Below are positions 1 through 12,460 of a stretch of 64,000 bases of DNA, one piece after another. The position numbers were made by a program, and so were the translations under genes. Position 1 is the stretch's first letter; each line of letters begins with the position of its first letter. Under the pieces are notes generated by a model that saw only the letters and a list, made by a program, of their open reading frames with translations, was not told the DNA's origin and did no database searches. The stretch covers positions 32,302,001-32,366,000 of the forward strand of contig CAIIXF020000001.1 of NCBI GenBank assembly GCA_903813345.2, read 5' to 3'. The DNA is from Owenia fusiformis (Eukaryota).

Positions 1-1219
1 TTTACTAGTTCATGAAAACAATGTGCATGCTTCATTTTGATCTTTTTATATTCACAGATGTGTGTTTTTTTATCCTAAAATTATAAATTGTGATGATCAC
101 CGTATCATTTCCTGATATTCAAATCAGATATTTCTAGCAAAATGCAAATATTAGCATGCGTTGGTGTAAACTGATCACCATTGATTTTTTTCAGTAATAG
201 TCATATCCTGGATGGAAATCTGGGGCGTTGGGATACTAGACTGTATCCCAACGCTGACGTCTTTTTCACTCTGTATCCAACGCTTAGTGGAATGTGCGTG
301 TAAATACAGGATATATTTAAGTCACGTGCACCAATCAGATTGCAGGGAATTTCACCATCATGTAATAAAATGTAGTATTTAGATGATTGTTATATAAATT
401 CTCAATTATATCTAATTTGTTAGTAAATTGAATATGTTGAGCATCTGTAGGAGGATACAAAACATATGGACATTATAAAACGTTTTAAATGAGTATGCAT
501 ATCAAACAACCCCTTTTGAAAGCTGGTCGGAAACATATTTTATTAACCAGTTAGAAATTATCGATGAACTTGATGCATAATTTGTAATGGCCCGAGTTTC
601 GAAAGCAAAGTTTGATTTTTTTGTCAAAATATCGATCACCATTAAAGCAGTTTTTAAGAAATGATAACCAATATTTTCAAAATGTGGCGCATGGTCATGG
701 TAAACAGTTGTGTTGACATCAAGATAGCACATATTTGATATTGTTAATATGAACACAAATGGCGCAGAATGTGGTAGAATAGCAGAAATTATTGAATTAA
801 AAAAATATCAATTATCGTAAATCTGCCGACATAAGATGTTACATGATGGACAATATGAATATGATATCAGATCTAAAAGCTTCGCAATAATATTAATTTG
901 TCTTTTATTTCATCTACAATATATCAGTGCGGTCATTTTACTTATGACATTTGATTATACGTCGTCGCATGAGAATAGCTTTGTACTATCTCACATTTTT
1001 CCGAAACTGAGAAATCAAGGGTTGAGAGTTTAGAGGTCTGTATTTTACTATGTATTGCTATGTGGAACTTGATTTTTTGTATGTCACTTAGTCTCATCCT
1101 AGAGATATCTTATATGAAATATCATACTATAAGAAGATATGTAAGATCCCTTTTTAAAACATTGGAAATAGAGATGGTACAATTTCCCACTAAAAGAAGG
1201 AGGGAAATTAGCGCATAAT

Positions 1220-1875
1220 GTCATAATGTTGGATTTAGGCCATTTTCTGAGGATTTAAACGGGTGCATATGTTAGGCCAATGCATTACCTCGAGGAAAGG
1301 CACTTCTAGAGATGATAAAATGATTTCGACTTCTGACAGGGTAGATGCAAACAACCCACCCACATGTTTTTTCTGAAATGTTTTCCTGATTTTCAACCCC
1401 TTCCATCCCTGCTTTTTTAATTTTTCTTGCATCAATATGTTGCGTTTTGACACACAGTTAACCCCTTTAAAGGAATAAGTGACTCCTTTTAGATAAAGTG
1501 GAAACCAATATTTCCCATGTTATTTTCCCATAGGGAAAACTCATGCGATCCATTGCTTTCAGCTAATTTTGGTCACCCATAATGGATATCTTTAAAACCC
1601 CCGAAGGAATCATTTATTTCTTTAAAGTGGTTAACTGTGTGTCAAAACTCAACATACATATCAATACAACAAAAATTGAAAAAGCAGGGGTGAAAGGGGT
1701 TGAAAATCAGAACAACATTTCAGAAAAACATGTGGGTGGGTTGTTTGCACCTCCACTGTCTCGAAGTCGAAATTATTTTATCATCTCTATGAGTGCTTTT
1801 CCTGGAGGTAATGCATTGATCTACCATATGCACCTGTTTAAATCCTCAGAGAATAGCCACAATCCAACATATGAC
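1220..1875. mobile_element. Foldback/MITE-like element with ~265-bp imperfect inverted arms
   Basis: ~1220-1486 is the reverse complement of ~1606-1875 (gtcataatgttggatt / aatccaacatatgac). This explains why ORFs 1235-1453(-) and 1582-2064(+) share the peptide KHVGGLFA. No clear TSD. Confidence 0.75.
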
Positions 1876-3716
1876 CGGGGGGGGGGGGGGGGGGGAGATT
1901 TCCCAAAGTTGACCTTTCATACAGGCACGTTCGAAAACAAATTTTATGAACAGGTCTCATTTGCCATTGAAATGGATCTCCGAATGATAGCTGTAGATTT
2001 TATGAGTATTCTCTACAAGTATGGATCGAGTAGCTTCAATAGTATTACTGTAGGTTTGAAGTGATGATGTTGAACTGATGTTAACGCCATTTCCGCAATC
2101 TCAAAATTCAAAAAAACAGAAAATAATTGTTGAAGTTGAAGGTTCGGGGCAATATATGATGTTCATGCTATTGCCCCGAACCGGTCCGTCTTCTCGCTGC
2201 AAGCAGGGGGAAATTCTTTGTCACAAAGTTTGGCATTTTTTATAAAATCAAACGCGCGTCATTGAAACTCACAAGATGTAAATAGCATGTCATTTACATC
2301 ATACCTTGATGGGGAAAAATAGATCTTATATGTTAGAAGTACTAAATAAAAGTTATCGTGAAAATGAGAAAAGAGTATAAATGCGCATTTAGAGAGTTTT
2401 GGTCCGTTTAAAAATCTGTAAAAAATTGGGAGGCATCATATATTTCAAATTAGACACGAGGAAGTCAATATTGAGCAAGTTATGGCTGTTTTAAATTCAA
2501 ATAAAACCGTTAACCCGTACCGGTCCAGCTTTTGACCCGTACCGGTCAATTTTCGTTAGCTGCGTATACCAAGGGTGAAATGTATGGTGACAAAATAGTC
2601 ATTTGATTAAAAATTTTCCATAACGCATTTACATTAAACTACATCTAAATGTACCCTTTGCATTCGTTTGACTTCACTTCTTAAAAGAGAGCTTCGTCTT
2701 GTAGTTTAACTAGACTCTGCACTGCACGCAGGGTAATCTAAATGGATTGGAAAACGTTCCTTTGATGGTCAGAATCAACAAGTAATTTGGAATCAAATCA
2801 TTTATCCCCACTTCAATGTCATTGAATCTTGACATCTGATGGAAATGTTATGATGTTCCTAAATTGAAAGCATCTTTAATTTAGACTGTCTAAAAGCGTT
2901 TGGTATTTCCATAGAACCAATAATTTATGACATACTAATAAATCATATATTAGTGAATAAGAGCTATTTGTCTCTAACCTGCTCCAAGAAAAATGAAGTG
3001 TCGTTGTCCGGTACTTCCGCCACAGAAAATGAACATACCGTTTCAAAGTACTGACTTCCATTATTAAAGTAATACAGCACGAGGCAATTTTAGCAAAAAA
3101 TATTTCATATCATATGAAGAGCATTATCTACCGTGATACTAGGATATATTCAACTCATATTATGGAAGGGTATCGGAGATTTCTCTTATCGAAGTGGGTA
3201 CATTGAAATAGACTTTCCATCGCCTAGTTCATGACGTCGGCAAAATCGGTTTGTTTACATATTTTCTTGCATTTCGTTCAGAGCAATCTTGCATATTAAA
3301 CTTGGGAGAAAATTTGACCTACTTTTGAAAATAGTTATTTTCCTGGTCTGTACATAGTAATTACACAATGTTTTATTGATTTTGTGTTTCTGATATAATA
3401 TTTACATTTTTTTGCAAGAAAGCTAAAGATTTGGTGATTATTTAGAAAACCGTCAGAAATGAGCTTAAGTGGAACCTAGGATATAAAATTCTCCCAACTC
3501 TTCCATTGGAAGAGCTCACATGTCAAAGCCTCATTCTGATAATTAGTCACCTTACCTTTGACTAGGGAATCTGAAACAATGTGCAAATTTAAACAAAATA
3601 TTCTGTCGAAAACGCTGAACTGTGAAGGCCAAACACAGCTAAGGTCGGTAAAAACGATGTTTGTACCATCATTGTGCTTTGGGATTCAGTATTTCTTATT
3701 CATATATAGGTTGAAC

Positions 3717-3750
3717 CATGGGCTTTCAATCATCTAGTTGAAAGCCCATG
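3717..3750. mobile_element. 34-bp fused-TIR remnant (probable excision footprint) of a P-like transposon, 7-bp TSD
   Basis: gttgaac|catgggctttcaa-tca-tctagttgaaagcccatg|gttgaac. Both halves match the termini of element 19115-19652. Confidence 0.8.
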
Positions 3751-4007
3751 GTTGAACTAACCTTTCATCTGTGCTGTATAACTTTAAAAAAATATATTTT
3801 GTTTTGATTGTAACAGGGGCTGTTGCCTCTAAAATGGGGTCACACAAGGTTGCCTTCTAAAACAAGATTTTGTATATATTTTCTTTACTTTTTATCAATT
3901 GATTTTGATAAAAAATAAGTACTTTTGATTAAATTACAACATTTGAAAATGTCAAAAAGATGGTTCACACAGGATGCAAACGTCTACGATAGTAAGAGAT
4001 CTACAAG

Positions 4008-5143
4008 GTGCAATGTTTTGTCATATACATTTTAACACTGTCTAATGCTTGAAATAAGGTAATTTGACATGCATAATAGCAACAGGGTGACAAAAATGTA
4101 AGCCAAATAAATATCTATGATGGCTTAGGAATATGACAATATCCCCATGTAAAGTCTTTGGTATATAGCCCCATGTTAAGTCAATACATCTCCATTTTCT
4201 AAGTGAAAGCCCCTGTTACCGGAAGAAATGTAACATAACCCAGTGTAGAGCATATATGTAGGAACATTATGCAGAAGTTTTTTTTTGTGATGGACACCAG
4301 TAGAAGAAACTCCTTGAAAAAAGACTCTATTGTACTCTCATTATGTAACATAAAGATCTGTCTAAAACACTAAAACAATTTGTTTACACTGAAATAAACA
4401 CAATGCATGTAATACATCATTGGCCAAGGGTCTATTTTAGACCCAACTCTGTTAAATGCATGCTGTCGAATGAAATGACACATTAATGTATCAAATAAAA
4501 TGACAACCTTACATATGGACGCCCAAAGTAACTTGATACCATGTAATAGGTGTAATTGATCGAATCGGCAATGTGCAATGTTTTGTCATATACATTTTAA
4601 CACTGTCTAATGCTTGAAAAAAGGTAATTTGACATGCATAATAGGTACAGGGTGACAAAAATGTAAGCCAAATAAATATCTATGATGGCTTAGGAATATG
4701 ACAATATCCCCATGTAAAGTCTTTGGTATATAGCCCCATGTTAAGTCAATACATCCCCATTTTCTAAGTGAAAGCCCCTGTTACCGGAAGAAATGTAACA
4801 TAACCCAGTGTAGAGCATATATGTAGGAACATTATGCAGAAGTTTTTTTTTTGTGATGGACAGCAGTAGAAGAAACTCCTTGAAAAATTAGATCAGTGAC
4901 TCTATTGTACTCTCATTATTTAACATAAAGATCTGTCTAAAACGCTAAAACAATTTGTTTACACTGAAATAAACACAATGCATGTAATACATCATTGGCC
5001 AACGGTCTATTTTAGACCCAACTCTGTTAAATGCATGCTGTCGAATGAAATAACACATTAATGTATCAAATAAAATGACAACGTTACATATGGACGCCCA
5101 AAGTAACTTGATACCATGTAATAGGTGTAATTGATCGAATCGG
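4008..5143 (+). repeat. Tandem duplication, 2 x ~565 bp, high identity
   Basis: 4008-4568 and 4573-5143 both run from gtgcaatgttttgtcatatac to aattgatcgaatcgg, with a few substitutions and small indels. Confidence 0.95.
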
Positions 5144-5236
5144 TTGTTTTTTCTTGGAGAAATACCGAAACATTCAAAAATGATCGCTTTACAGTTCATT
5201 TCTAGAACTGGATAACTTTTAAAAGAAATGTGAAGA

Positions 5237-5438
5237 TGTTGTATATTTGATTGATTTAAGTGATTGTTCCATTGTGTTAGCACAACCAATAATTGTTGTC
5301 ACTAGGTGTAGTGTAATAGGTGTCACTAGTATCAGTCTCGTTTTGAAATATAGATTGGATACAGAATATGAAAGTTGAGTTCATTTATTACCTTGGGATA
5401 TTAATAGACATTTGTATCTATAATTGACATGTCCTACA
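5237..5438 (+). repeat. 5' LTR of the Gypsy element
   Basis: tgttgtatatttgattg...gtcctaca; matches 16472-16659 apart from roughly 10 substitutions and a ~14-bp indel. Confidence 0.93.
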
Positions 5439-5442
5439 AATT

Positions 5443-5455
5443 TGGGCGACGAGAT
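5443..5455 (+). promoter_or_regulatory. Primer-binding site, probably for tRNA-Ser(GCU)
   Basis: tgggcgacgagat just after the LTR is a degenerate match to TGGCGACGAGGAT, the complement of the tRNA-Ser(GCU) 3' end. Confidence 0.65.
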
Positions 5456-5558
5456 AAAAACACTGGATACATTTGTGCAACATTTGAACGTTAAATATGG
5501 CCGATCCAATACAGGAGGAAGGAACTGAAAGGGCTGAGAATGTGCAAAATTTCCGAGT

Positions 5559-8500
5559 TTGTTTACCACCATTTTCACGTGCTACGATGCCAGTGAAGAT
5601 TGGGACTGTTATGTTGAGCGATTCGAATTATTTTTGATTGCAAATGGACTTGATCCAGCACCAGTAGTTTCTGACCCAGCACTTGAAAAACAGGTAGTTG
5701 CAATCTTCTTACACTCGTTGGGCAAGACATATTACTCAGTGAGATTTAGTTGCTCCAGAATTGCCGAGTACAAAGTCTTACCAACATCTAAAAACCATGT
5801 TGAGGAAACATTTGAAAGGGGAACCAATAGTGGTAGCTGAAAAACGTAAGTTTATCAAACGTGATCAATTAGCAGATGAGTCGATTCAAGACTATGTTGT
5901 AACACTAAAGCATCTTTTCTGAAAGTGCGAGTTTACGAATAAACTCGATGAGCAATTACGGGATCGTTTCATATTGGGCATTAACAATGAAAATACAGCC
6001 GCCTTGAAACTGATGGAAAAGACTCGAGAAAATCCTCACATGACATTTGCGGAGGTTGTGTCAAGTGCATTAGTTCGCGAGACGACATATAACGAAGCCA
6101 AGCAGATACAACAAGATGTTACTGCAACGTCCAATGGGTCATCGTCTCCAGGTGTTCATGTCGTTAAGTCTAAAGACAATAAGATGTCCAAGCCGGGATA
6201 TAAATGTGGCAAATGTGGTCGCAAAAGCCACAAAGAGGTGGACTGTTGGTTTTCAAAAACAAAGTGCTATAATTGTGGAATCGTGGGACATATCGCTAGC
6301 CAATGTCGTAAACCAAAATCGCAAAAACCTGGAAATGACCATAAACAATCGAAAGACAGGGAATCTCAACACAGATATTCACGTAAACAGAGAAAATGAC
6401 AAGTGAACAACGTCAACCAAGATCTTCAAGATGATAATTCAACAAGTGATTCTGATCAATATAGTGTGTGTAAAGTGCAATGTCACAACAACGATGACAT
6501 TAGTGGGGGCAATCCAATTGTAATAAGGCCCAGCATCAATGGTGAGGCATTGAACATGGAATTAGATACAGGCTCAACCGTATCCATTTTATTATAAGAT
6601 GTATATGTCAATAAATTCCAAAATGTGAAATTACAGGGTACACATAGAGAGTTTTCCAGTTTCACAGGTGAATCAGTAAAGCCTGTTGGCAAGATAAAAG
6701 TCAAGGTTAGTTATGACAAGCAAGTCAAGATATTACCATTGTATATTGTAAAGCATACAAAACATTTGTTATTAGGTAGAGACTGACTTGCTCAAATTCA
6801 GTTCAATTGGAAAAACATATTTTCAGGTGATAAAAAGGTTTCATCCAATGATATATCTGTTGTACAAGAATCAGTACAGAATGTAAGAAAACTGGACAAA
6901 ATCTTAGAAAAACACAAAAGGGTGTTTAGTGGTGAATTGGGCAAAATGAAGCATATAAAGGCAGATGTCATATTAACTGACGAGGCCACATCAATCACAT
7001 CTATATAAGCCATACCGAGTCCCATACGCTCTCAAACCTTAAGTAGAAGCTGAATTAGATAGACTCCGAAAAATGCGGAGTACTGACACCAGTAAGTCAT
7101 AGTATATTGTCACTGTGCCTAAGTCTGATGGTAGCATAAGAATATGTGGTAATTGCAAGGTCACTTTAAATCCAGTACTTAAGCCAGTGGCTCCACCTAG
7201 TATTAATGTTGATGACATTTTGGCTAATTTGGCTGGTGGTGCCTCATTTCTACAAGTCAAGTACAAGTCTATATGGATGACATTTTGATTACAGGTAAGA
7301 ATGAGGACGAGCATTTGTCAAATCTAGACCGTGTCTTATCACGACTTGAAGTGTATAATCTCCATGCAAAATTGTTGAAGTTCGAATTCATGAAACGATC
7401 TTTGGAGTATCTCGGACATGTAATCCATAAAACTGGAGTGAGTGCACAAATCTGAGAAAAAAGTTGACGAGATTTTCCAAATTTCAACGCCGCATGATGT
7501 AACAACATTATGCTCATATTTTGGTAAACTATTATCGGCGCTTTATACCAGCTTTAGCTACATTGGTTGCACCATTTAATAAATCACTTGAGAAACGAGA
7601 TTTTGTGTAGACCAATGAAGCTAATCAGGATTTCAAATTGTCGAAAGAAAAACTTGTCGCATCCGGATTTTTGGTTCATTTTGATCCAAGTTTACCACTC
7701 ACATCGTCAACGGATGCCAGACCAATCGAACAAGGTACCGTTGTGTCACATAATATGCCTAATGGAGAAGAGAGACCCTTTCAGTTTGCATCGGGCAGCT
7801 TGAGTGTAGCGGAGAGGAATTACCCACAAATTCAAAAAGAAGAGCTAGCAATAATATTTGGCCTCAAGAGATTCTATTCATTTGTAAATGGAAGAAAATT
7901 AAATAGGCAACAGCAAATTAAACAGGCAACACACAGGGACCCTGTTCTTTCCAAGGCTCAGAAATATACCTTAAATGGTTGGCCTAGGAAATTACCGGAA
8001 TCTGACAGTGTTCTGAAACCATACTTTTATAGAAGACATGAACTCACAGTTGAACAGGGATGTCTATTATGGGGATCGCGTGTAATCATACCTTCTAAAT
8101 GTCGGAAAGCAATTCTCGAGGAAATACGGGTCACATTGGAATTGTTAAGATGAAAACAGTTGCTAGGTTATATGTTTGGTGGCCAGACATTGATAGTCAA
8201 ATTGAGATTGTAGCCAAATCATGTGAACCATGCCAAGTGATCCAAAATAAACCATCATTATCAACATTGAATCCATGGATTCCTGCGTCACATCCTTGGG
8301 AACGTATACATATTGATTTTGCTGGTCCGTTCGAAAACCATACGTACCTAGTAGTAGTCGATGGTAAATGGCTGGAAGTTTTTGATATGCCATCGATAAC
8401 AGCTGAACGTACCATAAACACATTGCGGAGTTTGTTTAGTCGCACTGGACATCCACAGATCTGTGTTTCAAATAGCGGTTCTCAATTTACTTCCGCAAAA

Positions 8501-10735
8501 TTTGAAGAGTTTTTACAAAGCAACGGAATCATTCACAAGTTTAGTGCCCCTTATCAACCATCCACAAATGGCCAAGCAGAACGATTCGTGCAGTCATTAA
8601 AACAAGCCTTAAGAGCAGCGTGTCATGATTCGGGTTCTACTCGCATTAAATTTGAACGATTCTTGCTCTCATTTCGCAAGGCTCCTCACACTGTAACCAG
8701 AGAAACTCAAGCTATGCTTTTCATGAGACGACCACTAATAATGCATTTGGATAATATCCGACCCAATTTCAATCAACTCATGAAAAGGAAGTTGCATAAA
8801 CAAGTTGAGCATAGGGAAAGAAACATTCAAAATCTAGGTCCTTGTGTGTCAATGATAAAGTGTGGGTAAGACATTTCTTGAAAAAACAAAGACAAATGGA
8901 TAGCAGGTGTAGTTGTACAAGTGATAGGTCCTCTGACATATAAAAGTGCTGTAGCTTCTGGTTTGTATCATCGACATATTGAGCAACTTAGATTGAGATC
9001 ATCAGAGACTTCATTTGAACAACTGGATAACAACATTTTGGCTCATAAGAGTGAACCAGATGAAAAGATTACTGATTTCGACAGGTTTCAAGAGAATCCA
9101 ATTGTACCTTCTGATCTACCATGTTCTAAGCCTGTAGAGTCTAAATATGATGGGCAAACCCCAGTCAAGGAAAAACACAGTTCAGATAGTTCAATTCAAA
9201 AAGATCAGAGTGAACAATTGAAAACCCATATTGATTTGAGTCCAAAACGTACTACAGGGCGTCACAAAAAAGTATACCCAACTTCAAAGCCAGGATACAA
9301 GAATTTTGAGCAATTTTTTTAAAAGACGAAGTTAAGGTAGCAGTAAAAGGCCTAGTTTGTCTTCCATCCAATGGTACCTTGATCATTATGTAAGTGTCAT
9401 GGATGACTGAGCAATCATGACTTTTATGAAAGGTGGTAAAATCAGCACTGTGCCAAGTTGGCATTCAAGTAGGAATGACACAGTGAATGTGTTTTTGTGT
9501 TCAAAACATTATTAATGTTCAACTTCAAACTTGAGTCATGTTCCTCACACTTTTACATAATTTTCCATAACTTTTAGTTGGTACCTCCTTCTTGGGAAAT
9601 TGGATCCGAAGAGCCTCTTGATCTGCAATGAAACTTCTACTTGCTGTTATGCAGCTTTGAAGTCAATTGTATCCCCATGTAAAGTCAATAACCCTTGCTG
9701 AAATCCTCAGAAGAACTCGAGTTTATTGAGTCTAAACAAGTAGATTCATGTGGAAAATCCATGTAAACAGTACATGGGACTTGCTTTTTAGAACTTTTTG
9801 TTGGCTCTACTGCTCAGTTGTCAATGGAACCATTTTTGCAGGCCTATTTTAGAATTTAAAACTTTTTGCCAAACCTTTTTTTTAATAAGAGAGTTACTCA
9901 GTCCCAAGTCCAGTTCAGTATGGAAGGCCTGTGCTCTAACTTAATGTAACAGAAAAAGAATACTAAGCCGATAGACTAGATGCGAGTAGAAATAATCTTG
10001 ATTTACGTCATCAAAAATCCAAAATTCAGTCAAACTGATGTCATTTTTGGAATCTACATGTAGAATTACATCTAGAAATGTGGTTTTGAAAAGAGCTTAT
10101 CAACTTTGAAAATTTAATTTTCTTTGAAAATGTGACTTCCAGGTCGGGGGGATTCCCCATAGAGCCCATGTTGTAAAATCACAAAAAGTGAAATATCTTT
10201 TCTTGTGTTGGGCAGATAATGTTTTCTTTTACTGGGTATATTTTAATTTGTATAACTATCAGATACAAAAGGGTAATATGAAAAGTGAACCACTAAAACT
10301 GATGAATATTCAAGTTTAAGGGAATTTTGTAATACTCTGCCATGTTATTTCCCCCGACTCAGCCACCTGGTGGCGAAACTGGTAACTACCTACTCGCATC
10401 TGAGTAATTACACATCAATTGCCACACAGGAAGGTAACTTGGCCCAGTGCTAATTTTGCCACCTCTCATAATGGTCAAGATTGCTCAGTCATACATGACA
10501 GTTACATAATGATCTTGGTACCATTTGATGGAGAATAAATCAGGCTTTTACTTCTACCTTTGAATTAAAAAAAGTTCTCAGGATTCTAGTAATTTGGTTT
10601 TGAAGTTGGGTATACTTTTTTGCGGACGCCCTGTATAGTGTTCCAATAAATCAAACTGAACAGTTTGAATCTCCAGTGATAAGGAGAAGTAGTAGAGTAC
10701 ATAGCAAACATAGAAGGTTAATAGAGACAATATAC
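5559..10735 (+). pseudogene. Disrupted gag-pol of the Gypsy element
   Basis: Gag start (EDWDCYVERFELF); two CCHC knuckles (CGKCGRKSHKEVDC, CYNCGIVGHIASQC); protease LDTGS (~6560); RT YMDDILITG (7270); RNase H (ERNYPQIQKEELAIIFGLKRF); integrase Zn finger and core (WERIHIDFAGP, STNGQAERFVQ); C-terminal RRSSRV motif at ~10680. Many stops, frameshifts and internal deletions, plus a MITE at 9255. Confidence 0.92.
9255..10633. mobile_element. Non-autonomous Tc1/mariner-type element inserted in the Gypsy integrase tail
   Basis: TA|cagggcgtcacaaaaaagtatacccaacttc ... gaagttgggtatacttttttgcggacgccctg|TA with ~200-bp arms. The minus strand at ~9510-9650 (QEALRIQFPKKEVPTK) resembles a transposase N-terminal HTH remnant. 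Confidence 0.88.
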
Positions 10736-10978
10736 GGCTTATTGCCAAGATTGGAGACTTTTGAGTGTTATACAGTAACTATTCATAAAAGTTTAATATT
10801 GTACAAATATGGTAGTTATAAAGAAACATTGTTTATCACCAGTTGGGATTGTGCTAACTGTATTCCTTTCATCATGTTGTTCTCCAGTATAGATTCCAGT
10901 ATGTAATCCAGTATGTTGTTCCCAGTATGTATTCTGTCAGGTAAAATGATTTACAGTATAGTTTTTGTAACAGACTAA

Positions 10979-12460
10979 AGGCTCGGTCACACCGCCTAAA
11001 CGTTGCTGGAGCGTTCCTTGAACGTTGAAAAAAATCATCAACGCTCGTAAACGTTCACCACCGTTTAACAAAAGTTTGCATCCGTTAAAGCAACGCTGTA
11101 AACGCTCGGCCTACGCGGATGTTTCTCGAGTGGCCATCCTAACGCTCCAAAAGTTTTGAGCTGCTCAAAATATTGCGAGCGTTGAAAAAGGGACAATTTT
11201 ACGCCCTGGCAAAGTTTATCACCGCTCCACCAACGCCCAGTCAAAGTTTGGCACCGCTAGACGCAAGTTCGTGGACGCTTGAATCCGCTAGACCAACGCA
11301 GAAATCCTAAACGCTGGACCACCGCTGCTTCGCCAGCGTTGCCCGGGCGGCGATTAAACGTTGCACAAACGTCGGTGGAGCGGTTGTTAGCGTTTTATCA
11401 GCGTACATGGGGTTGTTGGAACGGTGTCGGGCGTTCCATGGCGGCGATGAACTTTGCTTTGGCGTTGGTATAGAGGTGTCGGAGCGGGACCAGAATTTGG
11501 CTATAAATACGTGGAGAAATGCACCACTGTGTATAACACTGTGGAGACACTTGTGCATTTTACATTTGATATATATTCATGTCTGGCATTTCAATTTTTT
11601 GCTTTGTAAATTCCTAAATTAAGCGCTCAAAGTTTGTGATTTTGGATTTTAAAAAGGTGAATTATGCGATTTTTGTTTTTCATTAAATGTTAATGCAGAC
11701 TTTTACTGAGACCTTTATTCAAATATAGTATCGTATATACCTAGAGTTTTCACGTCAAGCAATTCAATAAATTATCTGTAAATTTTCTGCGCAGCTTGTA
11801 AAATGTTGCACTCGTCATGGTATTATACAAAAAGTTGATGCGCGCACAGCAATGCAAAAATTTGTCATGCGTCATGATTATTACTTTGCTGTAAATGTTA
11901 TTTGACATTGTTAAAGCAATTTGACCGTAAATCGGTTCCAAGTAATGGAAATGCAACGATTAAATTGTGATATGTTTGTTTGAAATGATATGAGAGATTA
12001 TTAAAGAAAATTGTAATTCTTAATTAATGTCATATTACATTAATGGAAGCACTTTAGATTTAAAACATTTCTTCTTTAATCCTTGAAGGACTTTTGTTAA
12101 AGTTACAAATTCCAATAAAGGTCTTTACTCTTAAACACTTCCCACTTGAAATGATTTCCCAGTAGTCAAACGCGATATGCTGCTAAACCAACGCTGCTGC
12201 TATTTATACCCCCGACGAGGCAACGCTCTCATGCGCAGAACGCCGCTATACCAGCGCTCGCATTACCGCTAAACAAACGCTAGCTACCGCTCGCAACCGC
12301 TTAACCAACGCTAAAGCAACGCCGGCTTCAGCGGTGCACCGCTAAGCCAACGCCCCTGTTTTTGTTTTTTTCCCCATTTTGTGCGCGTTGACGAGCGTTG
12401 ATGAATTTTTTCAACGTTCAAGGAACGCTCCAGTAACGTCCGGGCGGTGTGACCGGGCCT
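10979..12460. mobile_element. PIF/Harbinger-like MITE
   Basis: TAA|aggctcggtcacaccgcc ... ggcggtgtgaccgggcct|TTA; ~75-bp TIRs; GC-rich arms rich in aacgct/agcgtt motifs around an AT-rich core. The terminus style matches 52467-53115. Confidence 0.85.

Noticed and set aside
1235..2064. ORFs 1235-1453(-) and 1582-2064(+) as paralogous genes
   Set aside because: The shared peptide arises from the inverted arms of a foldback element, and the frame runs through a poly-G tract.
3810..4219. gtaacaggggct / agcccctgttac as a TIR pair
   Set aside because: Only 12 bp match, there is no convincing TSD, and the right part lies in the tandem duplication.
9978..10401. 12-bp IR agatgcgagtag / ctactcgcatct as a nested element
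   Set aside because: Plausible, but neither a TSD nor boundaries could be fixed.
11279..11622. Short GC-rich ORFs
   Set aside because: They lie within the arms of the Harbinger-like MITE and have no recognisable protein motifs.
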